Of a DNA stretch of 64,000 nucleotides, positions 37,979-47,540 are shown one piece after another. The notes beneath the pieces are model-generated. The model made no database searches, was not told the origin of the DNA, and saw nothing but the letters and a program-made list of their open reading frames with translations. Source of the DNA: Bdellovibrionales bacterium (GTDB lineage: Bacteria > Bdellovibrionota > Bdellovibrionia > Bdellovibrionales > JAGQZY01); the NCBI GenBank assembly GCA_964230645.1, contig CAXRHT010000003.1, positions 544,001-608,000 on the forward strand, given 5' to 3'. The translations under genes were made by a program, and so were the position numbers. Each line of letters opens with the position of its first letter. Position 1 is the first letter of the stretch.

Positions 37979-39019
37979 ATGGGTGTCATGAGTGATTTGC
38001 CAAAAAAAGATCTCTTCGTGTTGGGTTTGTCCTCAACGATTTTTATTGCCTCCGTATTCTTTTTTTTAAAATTTGATTCCTATTTTTCAAGACCTCTAAT
38101 TCACCCAGAGGATGTCTTAGGTCGAGTGGTTTCAAAAAATGGAGGAGTCTTACGAAAAACTCCCGATCAATTTCAGTTTCTTGAAATTTTGGTCCAAGAT
38201 CCAGTAGGTAATGGCGATTCCGTTTTTACCCAAAAAGGGGCTCAGACGGTTATCGAACTTAATGATGATTCAAAAGTTCGCATTGGGCCGGAAAGCCTGG
38301 TTGTGATTCGAATGAAAAATGGTAAATACAACATTAGAATTGATCGCGGTGATGTCTCGGCCGATGTTAAACCCGGTTCGACCTTGGAGTTTCAAACTAA
38401 AAAGAGATCTGTTGAAGTTCATGGTAGCGGGGTGGAATCCCTATCCTTAAGTCTTGATGAGCAAGACAATTTGGAACTTAAAGATATGAAGTTGGCCGAA
38501 AGAAAGCTGAAAAAACATAGAAAACGCCAGCAATCCGATGTTTCCAAGGGGAGCCAACCAAGCTCTAAACAAAATAGAAGATCGGTTGCTGTAGAAATTC
38601 CACCCGAAATTTCCAAAGAATCCATTCTGCCCAAAAAATCAGTGCGAATTTTGTCGAGTCGTGAGGTACCGAAAATAAAAAAGCCTCAGGGAGCCAGGCT
38701 GCCGTACCCGGCTAACAATTCCATTCTGATGTATAAAACGGCTTCGAAATTTCAACTGGTTCCAAAGGAGAAATGCTATCAGAGGTGTGAGACGAAGGTA
38801 TGGGTCGATAAGCAACTTGTTTTTAACAAGACTTTAGAGCAAGACGGAGAGCCTATTTTCTTTATCAGCATTGATAGCCAACGAAAGTCACGTGTAAAAT
38901 GGGAGATACGGGACGGAAATGGTACTCCTGAAATGGGACATTTTCAGACTATGCCCTTTAACAAAGAAAACTTTGCCAGGGCTCTCAAAGAAAGAAAAAA
39001 CATAGAGGTTTTAGATTGA
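37979..39019 (+). CDS. Membrane-anchored FecR-domain protein
   Basis: N-terminal TM; GDSVFT..A.T.I.L.DDS.VRIGPES..I.RG FecR-like pattern. Confidence 0.75.
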   Translation: MGVMSDLPKKDLFVLGLSSTIFIASVFFFLKFDSYFSRPLIHPEDVLGRVVSKNGGVLRKTPDQFQFLEILVQDPVGNGDSVFTQKGAQTVIELNDDSKVRIGPESLVVIRMKNGKYNIRIDRGDVSADVKPGSTLEFQTKKRSVEVHGSGVESLSLSLDEQDNLELKDMKLAERKLKKHRKRQQSDVSKGSQPSSKQNRRSVAVEIPPEISKESILPKKSVRILSSREVPKIKKPQGARLPYPANNSILMYKTASKFQLVPKEKCYQRCETKVWVDKQLVFNKTLEQDGEPIFFISIDSQRKSRVKWEIRDGNGTPEMGHFQTMPFNKENFARALKERKNIEVLD

Positions 39020-39771
39020 TACAACTAATAATAACAGCTCTCATCTGCTTAGCTAATTCATCTCTGTTAATATATTCTTTTGCCAACTTAGGCCCAATCT
39101 TTGTTGGTTACTTCTTTATCACCCAAGCTATTACAAGTTGGTTTTTAATCGACTCAATTATCGGCTATCAGTCTGACAAAGCTCAACTTCGCAAGCCCAT
39201 TGAAAATATCCATTTTAATAATGAAATGACCCATAAACCTGTGATTATACCGGCACAAGCTCAATCTCTACAAAGTGAAATAACTCCTTCAGTGGAGGAG
39301 ATCGACTACGAGTTGGATTCCATGGAGTTTTCAGCCAGCGATTTTGGCTCTTCGACAAGTTCAAATCTTATCTTTATCGAAAAATCGGTTTCTGATCCTT
39401 TCGCTAGTCAGCTCAACATGATTGACGAGGTGGTACAGAAATTTGATGCCAATAGAAAATCACTTTTAATTTCAAACCTACCTAAGAAAAATGGAGATTC
39501 CCCATCCTTATTTGATTTTCTTAATGGGTTAAGAAACATGGATGAAATTCTTTGTTCTAATATCTATGGCCAAGTTGATCTTATTCCCGATCTGGGAGAT
39601 TTGGATGAGATTCCAGCAAAAAAATTGGTCAATTACGTCAATCGACAACTGAAAAATTACGATCAGGTTGTGTTTTACCTTAAAAAAGTTGACCTAACTT
39701 TTGTTGAACATATTTTTGGTCGTGACCAAGACTCTTCTGAAGGGACTTTTGTCCCAGCTTCTTTGATGTAG
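39016..39771 (+). CDS. Hypothetical membrane protein
   Basis: Two N-terminal hydrophobic segments; overlaps the upstream stop (TTGA). Confidence 0.6.
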   Translation: MIQLIITALICLANSSLLIYSFANLGPIFVGYFFITQAITSWFLIDSIIGYQSDKAQLRKPIENIHFNNEMTHKPVIIPAQAQSLQSEITPSVEEIDYELDSMEFSASDFGSSTSSNLIFIEKSVSDPFASQLNMIDEVVQKFDANRKSLLISNLPKKNGDSPSLFDFLNGLRNMDEILCSNIYGQVDLIPDLGDLDEIPAKKLVNYVNRQLKNYDQVVFYLKKVDLTFVEHIFGRDQDSSEGTFVPASLM

Positions 39772-39787
39772 CATAAACTGTATTGGA

Positions 39788-41206
39788 GTGAATAAAATGA
39801 GAGTGATCCTATGTTTGCTGCTCGCCTCTTTTCAATCTGTGGCCATCGGCGCGAGTTGGTCAGAGAAAACTAAGCAATTGATGAAAGATGAAATCAAATC
39901 GGTCGGGGGCCAAGAAAAAGATTTTGGCCTTTGGTTAAAAAAAGGCGATGAGGTTGTTGAGATTAATTCCAATGATCTTTTTGTCCCGGCGTCGCTATCG
40001 AAAATACCAACCGTTTTGGCATTTTTAGACCACACCAATATGGGAGAGAAGTTTAAGACTTGGGTTTACCATACTGGTAAGATTGAAAAAGGAGTTCTCA
40101 AGGGGGACCTTTACTTAAAAGGTGGCGGAGATCCCAGTTTTGTTTCGGAGTCCATGTGGCGTCTAATCAACAAACTTAAACGCAGTGATATCAAGTCCAT
40201 CGATGGTCAACTCTATGTCGACGAAAGCTATTTCGATAGTGATTATTATTCAGAAGGGCGCCAACAAAAAAGGGTGGACCGAGCTTACGATGCTCCTGTG
40301 AGTGGACTGTCCTTTAATTGGAACGCTCTTTCGATTTATGTACGTCCTGGAAAGCGAGCTGGGGAAGAGGCCAGAGTTTATGTGGAACCTGACCTCGACA
40401 ATATAGAAATTCAAAATAAAGCAAAAACCACAGGACATTCAAAAACCAACTTAAATGTTTCAAGAATCCTCAAAGACAACAAAATGGTCATACAAGTCGG
40501 TGGTGAAATTTCTGTCAGTAAAGATGAAAAAGCCTTTTACAAAAGCATAGGAGACGCGGCTTTATGGACAGGCTGGACTTTTTCTAAAATGATGAATCAA
40601 ATGGGAATCACCTACAATGGTGATGTTAAAAAAAAGGTCACCCCCTCGAGTGCTGAGTTACTCGAGGAGCATGAGAGTTGGGGTATGGCGCGGGTGATTT
40701 CCGCCCTTTCCAAGTTTTCCAATAATTTTGTGGCAGAAATGCTCACAAAACACCTTGGAAAACAAAAAGGCCAGCCAGGAAACATTGATGATGGTCTTAC
40801 AGAAATTAGAAAGTATTTGTTGAAAAAGGGGTGGAAAAACTCGGATTACCAATTCATAAACCCCTCGGGTTTCACTCGCGCCAACAAAATGAGAGCGGAT
40901 CATCTTGGTGAGCTTTTGGAAGGAGCAAGGAAGCAGTTTGCCTATAGCCCGGAGTTCCTCGCCGCTCTACCAATTAGTGGTATTGACGGAACTTTGAAGT
41001 CTCGAATGAAGTACGCGATGAAAGAAAAGGTGCGAGCCAAAACCGGGTATCTCAGTGGTGTGGTTGCTCTTGGTGGATACTTAGATAGTCCTAAAGACAA
41101 TCAGCCTATGACTTTTGTGTTTTTTTACAATGGTTCTTCAAAAAAAGACTGGAAGGTTCGAGCCATGTTCGATCGACTCTTATGGAAGATCTACAAAGGG
41201 AGCTAG
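39788..41206 (+). CDS. dacB: D-Ala-D-Ala carboxy/endopeptidase PBP4
   Basis: PASLSK (SxxK), GGGDPS, SNN, AKTG. Confidence 0.95.
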   Translation: MNKMRVILCLLLASFQSVAIGASWSEKTKQLMKDEIKSVGGQEKDFGLWLKKGDEVVEINSNDLFVPASLSKIPTVLAFLDHTNMGEKFKTWVYHTGKIEKGVLKGDLYLKGGGDPSFVSESMWRLINKLKRSDIKSIDGQLYVDESYFDSDYYSEGRQQKRVDRAYDAPVSGLSFNWNALSIYVRPGKRAGEEARVYVEPDLDNIEIQNKAKTTGHSKTNLNVSRILKDNKMVIQVGGEISVSKDEKAFYKSIGDAALWTGWTFSKMMNQMGITYNGDVKKKVTPSSAELLEEHESWGMARVISALSKFSNNFVAEMLTKHLGKQKGQPGNIDDGLTEIRKYLLKKGWKNSDYQFINPSGFTRANKMRADHLGELLEGARKQFAYSPEFLAALPISGIDGTLKSRMKYAMKEKVRAKTGYLSGVVALGGYLDSPKDNQPMTFVFFYNGSSKKDWKVRAMFDRLLWKIYKGS

Positions 41207-41240
41207 TGTCCCATCACGCTTCGTATACTGGATGGGACAC
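41206..41240. terminator. Hairpin between convergent dacB and the iron SBP gene
   Basis: GTGTCCCATC-N15-GATGGGACAC perfect 10-bp stem. Confidence 0.6.
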
Positions 41241-41261
41241 CAAGAAAAGATTTTTTGAAAA

Positions 41262-42260
41262 TTAGTTGTAGCCGGCTTCTTTCATAAGCTCGCTGGCGAG
41301 ATCAGAAAAGTTGCTAATAATTCCAACATTCGTTTCATCTTCAGCAAAACTACCAAAATTTTGTACTGTTGGGTTCAGAGAGGCTTCCGGGTTAACGGGA
41401 TATTGCTTGAAAGCATCAGCAATCGCGGTTTGTACTGGAGCTGATATAAGATATTCAATCAACTGATTAACCTCTTTAGTTTTTTGAGAATGTTTGATGA
41501 ACCCAATACCGACACCATTAATATGGGCGTTCGTCGTTCCTTGATTGGCAAACAAAGGGCGCACGGCATAGTGTGGATCGGCTTCAATAAAGGCTGGCAA
41601 ATAGTAAGAGTTCGCTAGTCCCACATCACAAAGGCCGTCATTTATGGCGCGAATGACATCTCTGTCGCTCGTTGTCGGCTCCATCGCCAAATTGTCGGCC
41701 CAGCCTTTCATGATTTCGCGAGCTTTATCGGGACCGTGGTGCACAACTAAATAAGCACCAAGGGCTTTGTTATAGCTACTGGCTGATGTTCTTAAACAAA
41801 GGCGGTCTTGCCATTTCTTATCAGCCAAATCGGCGTAGGTGCTGAGTTCTTCAGAATCAACTTTTTCCGAATTGTACATAATAACTCGTGAACGATAAAA
41901 GATATGAAGCCATCTTTTTCCAGATTCCATCAAATGATTCGGTACGGTTTCTTCCACCTTCTCAGATGTGATGGCTTGATAAAGACCGGCTCGGGTGGCC
42001 TGACCATGATAAACAAGGTCTTTGTCTAAATGTAAATCGGCGGGGGTGTGCTCTCCCTCCTGGATGAGGCGATCGAGTAGTTCGTCGCTCTTTCCAGAAA
42101 GCACATTCACTTCGATACCGGTTTGCTCGGTAAAAGGCGCAAAAATAGGTGCCAATTCGTCCGCAGGGTAAACAGAGTAAATATTCAGTTCGGCTGCAGA
42201 GACTTGCAGGCTAAATAGAGAGGTCACAATGACTAGGACCATTTTCAGGTTGTTCAACAT
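41262..42260 (-). CDS. Fe3+ ABC transporter substrate-binding protein (FutA/FbpA-like)
   Basis: EG..TPAD, RSRVI.YN, DRDVIRAI..G.CDVGLANSYY. Confidence 0.88.
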   Translation of the reverse strand: MLNNLKMVLVIVTSLFSLQVSAAELNIYSVYPADELAPIFAPFTEQTGIEVNVLSGKSDELLDRLIQEGEHTPADLHLDKDLVYHGQATRAGLYQAITSEKVEETVPNHLMESGKRWLHIFYRSRVIMYNSEKVDSEELSTYADLADKKWQDRLCLRTSASSYNKALGAYLVVHHGPDKAREIMKGWADNLAMEPTTSDRDVIRAINDGLCDVGLANSYYLPAFIEADPHYAVRPLFANQGTTNAHINGVGIGFIKHSQKTKEVNQLIEYLISAPVQTAIADAFKQYPVNPEASLNPTVQNFGSFAEDETNVGIISNFSDLASELMKEAGYN

Positions 42261-42616
42261 ACTAAAACTCCTTTGAAAGTTAATGAGTGACTACGGAGTT
42301 CACTTATAAGAGCCAACCAGTCAAATACAGGTTCATCACGGAGCTGAAAACCAGTTGATTGTTTGCATTGAAGATCTGTTTTATCCATGTAAATTCAGTT
42401 ATTTAGCATCCATGAACAATTCTTAAAGCGGACTTAAGAAAAATTCGTTGTTCGCATTTTGTTTTCGTTAAGCTGTTACTTGGGTTGCAGCTGCTCTGTT
42501 CCCGCTTTTATTAAGAATCTTAAATAGAATTCAGTAAAAACCAAATTCTGACCAAATCTCCGCTAGACCCCTGCGGGTCCTGCTGATTTCATAGGACTTT
42601 CTCAAGGGAGGGGATA

Positions 42617-43963
42617 ATGAAAATGGTACGTCGCCAATTTTTAAAATTAGGCATATTTTCATCGATAGTGGCTGGGATGCCAGAAAAAGGAAAAGCTGGA
42701 GCTCAATCAAAAGATCGCTTTTGGTCGATCGGAAGTGAAGAGAACTTTCACGAACTTTCGATCCTGCAAGGGGCGACAGATCAGAATAAAACACAATTTT
42801 CCGTACTTCATCCAAGAGACGAAGTGCTCAGCTTTTATTCTACGGATGAAGAAGGGGAAATAATTCTTCCGGATTTAATTGAAACCTATTCCCACAGTGA
42901 TCACCCCATGATTCTTTCGAAGGTTTATTTTTCGGGACTTCAGGAAAATAGAGATTACAGTTTGTTATTGGAAGATACGGATGGAAATCTCGTGGCTGAG
43001 CGTTTTTACAGAACACTCACAATGAATCAAAGGAATTTACGCTTTGCTATTGCCAGTTGTATGGACGATGAGAACCACGATCCCGATATTTGGATCGATA
43101 TGGTTGAAAAAGACCCAGACGTCATTTTTTTCGTGGGAGACAGCGTTTACGCCGACCGTCTGAGGGGGAGCGAAGAGCGTCGTTCTGCCGATCCCGATCA
43201 GTTATGGCTTAGGTTCTGTCAAGCCAGGCAAACTTTAGAGATCTTTCAAAGTAAAAAACTCATTCCAATCATCGCCGTTTGGGATGATCACGATTTTGGA
43301 CGTAACGACACCGGTAAAACTTATCCTTATGTGGAAGAGTCACAAAAAAACTTTCTTTCTTTTTTCGCTCAAGAAGAGAGTCATTGCTCTGTCTTAGCGC
43401 GTGGCCCAGGAGTCGGTTCAGCTTTTCAATATGGCAATCAACTTTTTTTGCTGCTTGACGGTCGAAGTTTTCGAGAAACGGGTCATTCCCCGAAGAGATA
43501 CGCTCATTGGGGGGAGGAGCAAGAGAAATGGGCGCTCGATCTTATTGATCAGCACCAAGGTTTTGTTTGGATTATGACCGGTACTCAAATTTTTCCTTCC
43601 ATGATTTTTAAAGAATCGGTTTCAAAACACCACGCTAACAACTTAAATGGTTTTATCGATGAACTAAGAAATCGTGGTACTCGCGCTGGATTCGTTTCAG
43701 GAGACGTTCATTTCAGCGAGATTTCAGAAATAGAGGATGATTTTTTGGGCTATCGGACCTACGAATTCACTTCTAGCTCTATTCATTCGACCACTTTCCC
43801 TGGGGTTCCTGGAATTATACCCAATAAAAGAAGAATCGTTTCAACCGGTAAAAGGAATTATCTCCTTTTAAATAGCGAGTACGATGGAAGCACTATGAAT
43901 ATCCAAGTGGTCAGTCATTCCGAGCAGAATCGTACCAATTTTGAAAGAGAACTAAAGATTTAA
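42617..43963 (+). CDS. phoD: Tat-exported alkaline phosphatase D family protein
   Basis: RRQFLK Tat leader; ASC, GDSVYAD, WDDHD, DGRSFR, SGDVH. Confidence 0.88.
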   Translation: MKMVRRQFLKLGIFSSIVAGMPEKGKAGAQSKDRFWSIGSEENFHELSILQGATDQNKTQFSVLHPRDEVLSFYSTDEEGEIILPDLIETYSHSDHPMILSKVYFSGLQENRDYSLLLEDTDGNLVAERFYRTLTMNQRNLRFAIASCMDDENHDPDIWIDMVEKDPDVIFFVGDSVYADRLRGSEERRSADPDQLWLRFCQARQTLEIFQSKKLIPIIAVWDDHDFGRNDTGKTYPYVEESQKNFLSFFAQEESHCSVLARGPGVGSAFQYGNQLFLLLDGRSFRETGHSPKRYAHWGEEQEKWALDLIDQHQGFVWIMTGTQIFPSMIFKESVSKHHANNLNGFIDELRNRGTRAGFVSGDVHFSEISEIEDDFLGYRTYEFTSSSIHSTTFPGVPGIIPNKRRIVSTGKRNYLLLNSEYDGSTMNIQVVSHSEQNRTNFERELKI

Positions 43964-44005
43964 GTGAGTCAGGGGCTTTATTCTTACTCGTAAAAAGACA
44001 AAGCC

Positions 44006-44728
44006 CTAAGATTTCTTCCCAATAAAAGAGTAATAGGGCACCTTTCCCACAGGAAGATAAGGGATGGCATTGTACCCCTCAAAGAGGTGAGTTTTTTCGA
44101 ATTTATTCAATAAATAGGGTAGATGGTCAGGGTTTAAAAATACATTGTCGTAAGAAAACCAAAGAGGCCAAAAGTGTCTTGTCTTTGCATCGTGGCACTG
44201 TAGGCCGGGTAGAGGATGTTTTTCAGCCACATAGAAATCAACCACGCCTACATATCCATGAGGTGAGAGTATCTTGTAACAATGATCAAGAACCCTGTAC
44301 CATTGTGGAAACATCGTTAGTGAATAGGAGAAGCTCACCAGCTCACAGTACTCAGGAGGTTGGAAAATAGTGACGTCACTTGTGACCACTTCCACATTTT
44401 TTAGACCTCTCTTCCAGACTTTACTCTTTGCTTTTTCAAGTAAAGAAGGGGAGAGGTCGACAAGATATATTTTTTTGTAGCGAGCGAGCTGCTCGTTTGT
44501 TAAAAAGTCGAGACTTGCTCCCGTACCAGCCCCAAAATCAACCCACGTCCCTTCGGGTTGTCTATTGTTCAGTTCCCTAAAAAGAGTTTCACGGCCTGCC
44601 AACAACTTTTTTCTGAATTGGTCATAATTTTGTGTTTGGTTTTTATAGAAATTCTCGAGTCTATCCTTGTGATTCGTGTCCTTACGAGGCTTAAGCATTT
44701 GATAGATCGTTTTTATATCGGCAATCAT
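44006..44728 (-). CDS. btaB: Betaine-lipid N-methyltransferase BtaB
   Basis: FY..Q..YD.FR..LL.GRE, DFGAGTG, VDLSPSLL, FSYSLTM.P, VVDFYV; downstream of btaA. Confidence 0.85.
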   Translation of the reverse strand: MIADIKTIYQMLKPRKDTNHKDRLENFYKNQTQNYDQFRKKLLAGRETLFRELNNRQPEGTWVDFGAGTGASLDFLTNEQLARYKKIYLVDLSPSLLEKAKSKVWKRGLKNVEVVTSDVTIFQPPEYCELVSFSYSLTMFPQWYRVLDHCYKILSPHGYVGVVDFYVAEKHPLPGLQCHDAKTRHFWPLWFSYDNVFLNPDHLPYLLNKFEKTHLFEGYNAIPYLPVGKVPYYSFIGKKS

Positions 44729-45909
44729 GAGGGTTGCACTCCCGCGATATAAAAACTTCCGTAGGTATGGACTCGATCTTTCTTGTGCAAAGACTTCGCT
44801 AGTTCATGATCGTAGTGAAGGTAATCTCCGAGGGTTTTGTTGGTAGACAGGGCAAGCGGATCAATGAAATCCACATTTAAGCTGGCACTGCGCCAGAGAA
44901 TTTTTGACGTTTCATCCGCTTTAGCAATCAGATGTTTCCATTGCTCCTCTAAAAGCTGGCGATGATTTTGGTAAAGCCAGTCCATATGATCGAGAAGTGT
45001 TACTTTATGTAGTTTTTTATGATCTTTCTTGAAAAATTCAATCAAAGAAGAATTGTGAGTACTAAGTCCCTCTACTCGGTCTTTTAAGGTATTGAAGTTC
45101 TTTTCTTTCAAATACTCGGGGCAGCAGTCTTGAGTGTAGTAACCAAAAAGGTAGAGGTGGTAAAAGTAATTATCGTGAAGACTGAGTTTGGAAAAAACGA
45201 AATCAAGACAGTCTTCGATAAATTTCGCCATTCCCCCTATATAGGAATTTTCGATCTGTAGAAACTGTGAGCGAGGAACGCCTAAGGCTGACATCAATGC
45301 CCCTCGTCTAGTAGCCCAACGGAGGGTATCATTCCAAAAATAAGGTTTCAGTTCGGAAAAATAGATCAGTGCCTGTTCTTGCAAGGTTTTAGCGGAAAAA
45401 ACTTTATCAATGCTAGGGAGAAGTCCTTTTAAAGATATGTAACTACCCATGAGGCGGGCCACAAGCCCTGAGCTGCCTCGGTAATAAAATCCTTTATGAA
45501 AACTATTAGTTTTAAAAAAATCAATATGGCGATCCCAGTAAGCTTGGGCAAATTCAGGAAGTTCGGCTCGAAGAGTTTTGCGATAAATCCTCTCGATGCC
45601 TGGATGCATGCCCATAGCAAAGAGTGTGAAGAAGTCCTCGTAATCAAGACTTTTAATTCCTGCTTTTTTAAGCTCCAACAGCGCATTTTGTCTGGGATTC
45701 ATATCAACAGCATCGACATGGTTAGGGGAGTCTAGGAGGTACTCTAAAGCATTGCATCCCGCTGAGGTGATTACTAAGACGTTGTCAGAGGGTTTGATTT
45801 TAAAGGCCATTCGATCAAGACGGGGGTCTTCCCAACATTGGTTGTAAACCAAATTATTGCCGTGAACCCAATGGAAAATTTGTTGTCTCATCCAGGATTG
45901 AATTTGCAT
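44725..45909 (-). CDS. btaA: SAM:DAG 3-amino-3-carboxypropyl transferase BtaA (DUF3419)
   Basis: YNQCWEDP.LD, ITSAGCN.L.Y, VDMNP.QN.LLELK, DNYFY, LDHMDW, DRVHTYGSF. Confidence 0.9.
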   Translation of the reverse strand: MQIQSWMRQQIFHWVHGNNLVYNQCWEDPRLDRMAFKIKPSDNVLVITSAGCNALEYLLDSPNHVDAVDMNPRQNALLELKKAGIKSLDYEDFFTLFAMGMHPGIERIYRKTLRAELPEFAQAYWDRHIDFFKTNSFHKGFYYRGSSGLVARLMGSYISLKGLLPSIDKVFSAKTLQEQALIYFSELKPYFWNDTLRWATRRGALMSALGVPRSQFLQIENSYIGGMAKFIEDCLDFVFSKLSLHDNYFYHLYLFGYYTQDCCPEYLKEKNFNTLKDRVEGLSTHNSSLIEFFKKDHKKLHKVTLLDHMDWLYQNHRQLLEEQWKHLIAKADETSKILWRSASLNVDFIDPLALSTNKTLGDYLHYDHELAKSLHKKDRVHTYGSFYIAGVQPS

Positions 45910-45954
45910 ATATCCAATGATGACGGGAGTTTAGGGAATTAACAAATTATGACT

Positions 45955-46000
45955 CCATCAATGTTCTGTCAGTGTTGTGTCAAAAGGTCGAGGATATATT
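45955..46000 (+). promoter_or_regulatory. Pho-box-like 11-bp direct repeats with downstream -10
   Basis: CATCA/TGTCA/TGTCA at 45956, 45967 and 45978; TATATT at 45995-46000. Confidence 0.35.
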
Positions 46001-46138
46001 AGGAAAGGCTTGTATGCTCTGTTCAACAAGACGTCCCTTCGTCACGGAAGGAAGAATTTTCAATATGACGAATTCCCATTGAGGCCACGCTCTTACTCCA
46101 ATAACAATATTGGTTTCGACAAAGAAGAGGGGACTGCC

Positions 46139-47533
46139 ATGTTTATCCAAATCATTCTATCAATATTAATTTTTCCCGCTGACGCTATCGTGGGAGGGGA
46201 TAACCTTGTGGATTCAGTTCCTGAGCAGCTCTGCCAGATTGTTCCAGTCGAGAACGGCCAGTATCTTCGCCAAAAAACTTGCTCGGCGACAATCGTAGGT
46301 TCAAGGGAGCTTTTGACTGCGGGGCACTGTGGTTCTGGACAGCATGAAGCCTATTTTGTGGATTGTGTTTCGGGAGATCAGTTTTTAGTGCCTACTGAAG
46401 ACAATTGGACTTTTCTTGATGAAAACGGCCCTCTTAACCCAATGTTAGCCATTAAAGATCTTGGACGTGCAGAAAAAGACCAAGCTCTTGTAAAAATAAA
46501 TTCGAGTTTTTCAGTCGATGGTCTCGGTATCGCCACAGCCCACGAACAGGAGGCACTTTTAGAAGCCAACTCTTGTTATTTCCTAGGAACGGGAATCAAT
46601 AATGCCGGTCTATGGGGAGTACCCCAAAAGGTAAAAGTAGATACTCAAAAAAGCTTAGACTCTTATGGATCTTTAGTTTTTCTGGAAGCCTATCCGCAAG
46701 TGCAGGCCCATGATTCCGGTGGTTCCCTTGTTTGTGAAAATCAAGTGGTGGCAGTTATTGTGGCTCAGCAGAATAAACCCAAAGGCTCTATTCTGACGAA
46801 AGTTTCGAGTGATTTGTTCAGCTCTGGCAGCCTTAATCCACAAGCTTGTCAAAACAATACCACCTCAAAAGCTGTGGACGATGCCATTGAACATCTTTTA
46901 GGCTTTGAAGAAGTAAGACATTTTCTAATGACTAAAAAGCAACAAGGTTATTCGGTTTGTTATCAAGGTCTCACTCTTGGTAAAAACAATTATCAGTACT
47001 TCAAAAATTTTGTTTCCTTTGAATTACAAAAAGATGGAAAAATCGAAAATCGTTTGATGGTCCTTTTTCAGTCAGCCAGTGTCCAGGCCCACCACTCGAC
47101 CGGTTCAAGACCTTGGGTGATTTTAGACACTCAGAAAACTATCGAAGCTCTCGGTCAAACTTTGGATGTGGCTATTCCCCAAAACTCCCTCTCATTTCAG
47201 CCGTTAGCAGAAAACTATTTTCAAAACTGGAACGGAGACAAAAAGCAAAAATCAATGATTGTTCTTGGCTCCTCTTCCTCTAGCAATCTTCTTCTTTTTT
47301 CTTGGCTCAAAGAAGTGAACGTCGGCGGCAATATTTTTACCACCGGTGTTAGTCCACAGTACGGACTCGTAGAAAAGCAAGGCGATGAAGACTTCATGTT
47401 ATCCAATGGATCGGCGTTCAATAAAGTATTAGGAATTCTCGAAGATCAACTCACTGAAACCGAGAAAGCCTATAAGGCTTCTAGTGCAGAGATTGGTGAC
47501 TTCATCGAACAGGTCTCAAAGGTAAGGCGCTAA
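46139..47533 (+). CDS. Secreted trypsin-like (S1) serine protease with C-terminal extension
   Basis: IVGG, LTAGHC, DQAL, HDSGGSL; start ATG 46139 with RBS GAGGGG. Confidence 0.8.
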   Translation: MFIQIILSILIFPADAIVGGDNLVDSVPEQLCQIVPVENGQYLRQKTCSATIVGSRELLTAGHCGSGQHEAYFVDCVSGDQFLVPTEDNWTFLDENGPLNPMLAIKDLGRAEKDQALVKINSSFSVDGLGIATAHEQEALLEANSCYFLGTGINNAGLWGVPQKVKVDTQKSLDSYGSLVFLEAYPQVQAHDSGGSLVCENQVVAVIVAQQNKPKGSILTKVSSDLFSSGSLNPQACQNNTTSKAVDDAIEHLLGFEEVRHFLMTKKQQGYSVCYQGLTLGKNNYQYFKNFVSFELQKDGKIENRLMVLFQSASVQAHHSTGSRPWVILDTQKTIEALGQTLDVAIPQNSLSFQPLAENYFQNWNGDKKQKSMIVLGSSSSSNLLLFSWLKEVNVGGNIFTTGVSPQYGLVEKQGDEDFMLSNGSAFNKVLGILEDQLTETEKAYKASSAEIGDFIEQVSKVRR

Positions 47534-47540
47534 AACTCAT

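Noticed and set aside
42261..42616. Fur box or ncRNA in the long SBP/phoD intergenic region
   Set aside because: No GATAATGATAATCATTATC-like match; only short TTAA palindromes, too weak to call.
45977..46138. N-terminal extension of the protease ORF
   Set aside because: A strong RBS and signal peptide begin at ATG 46139.
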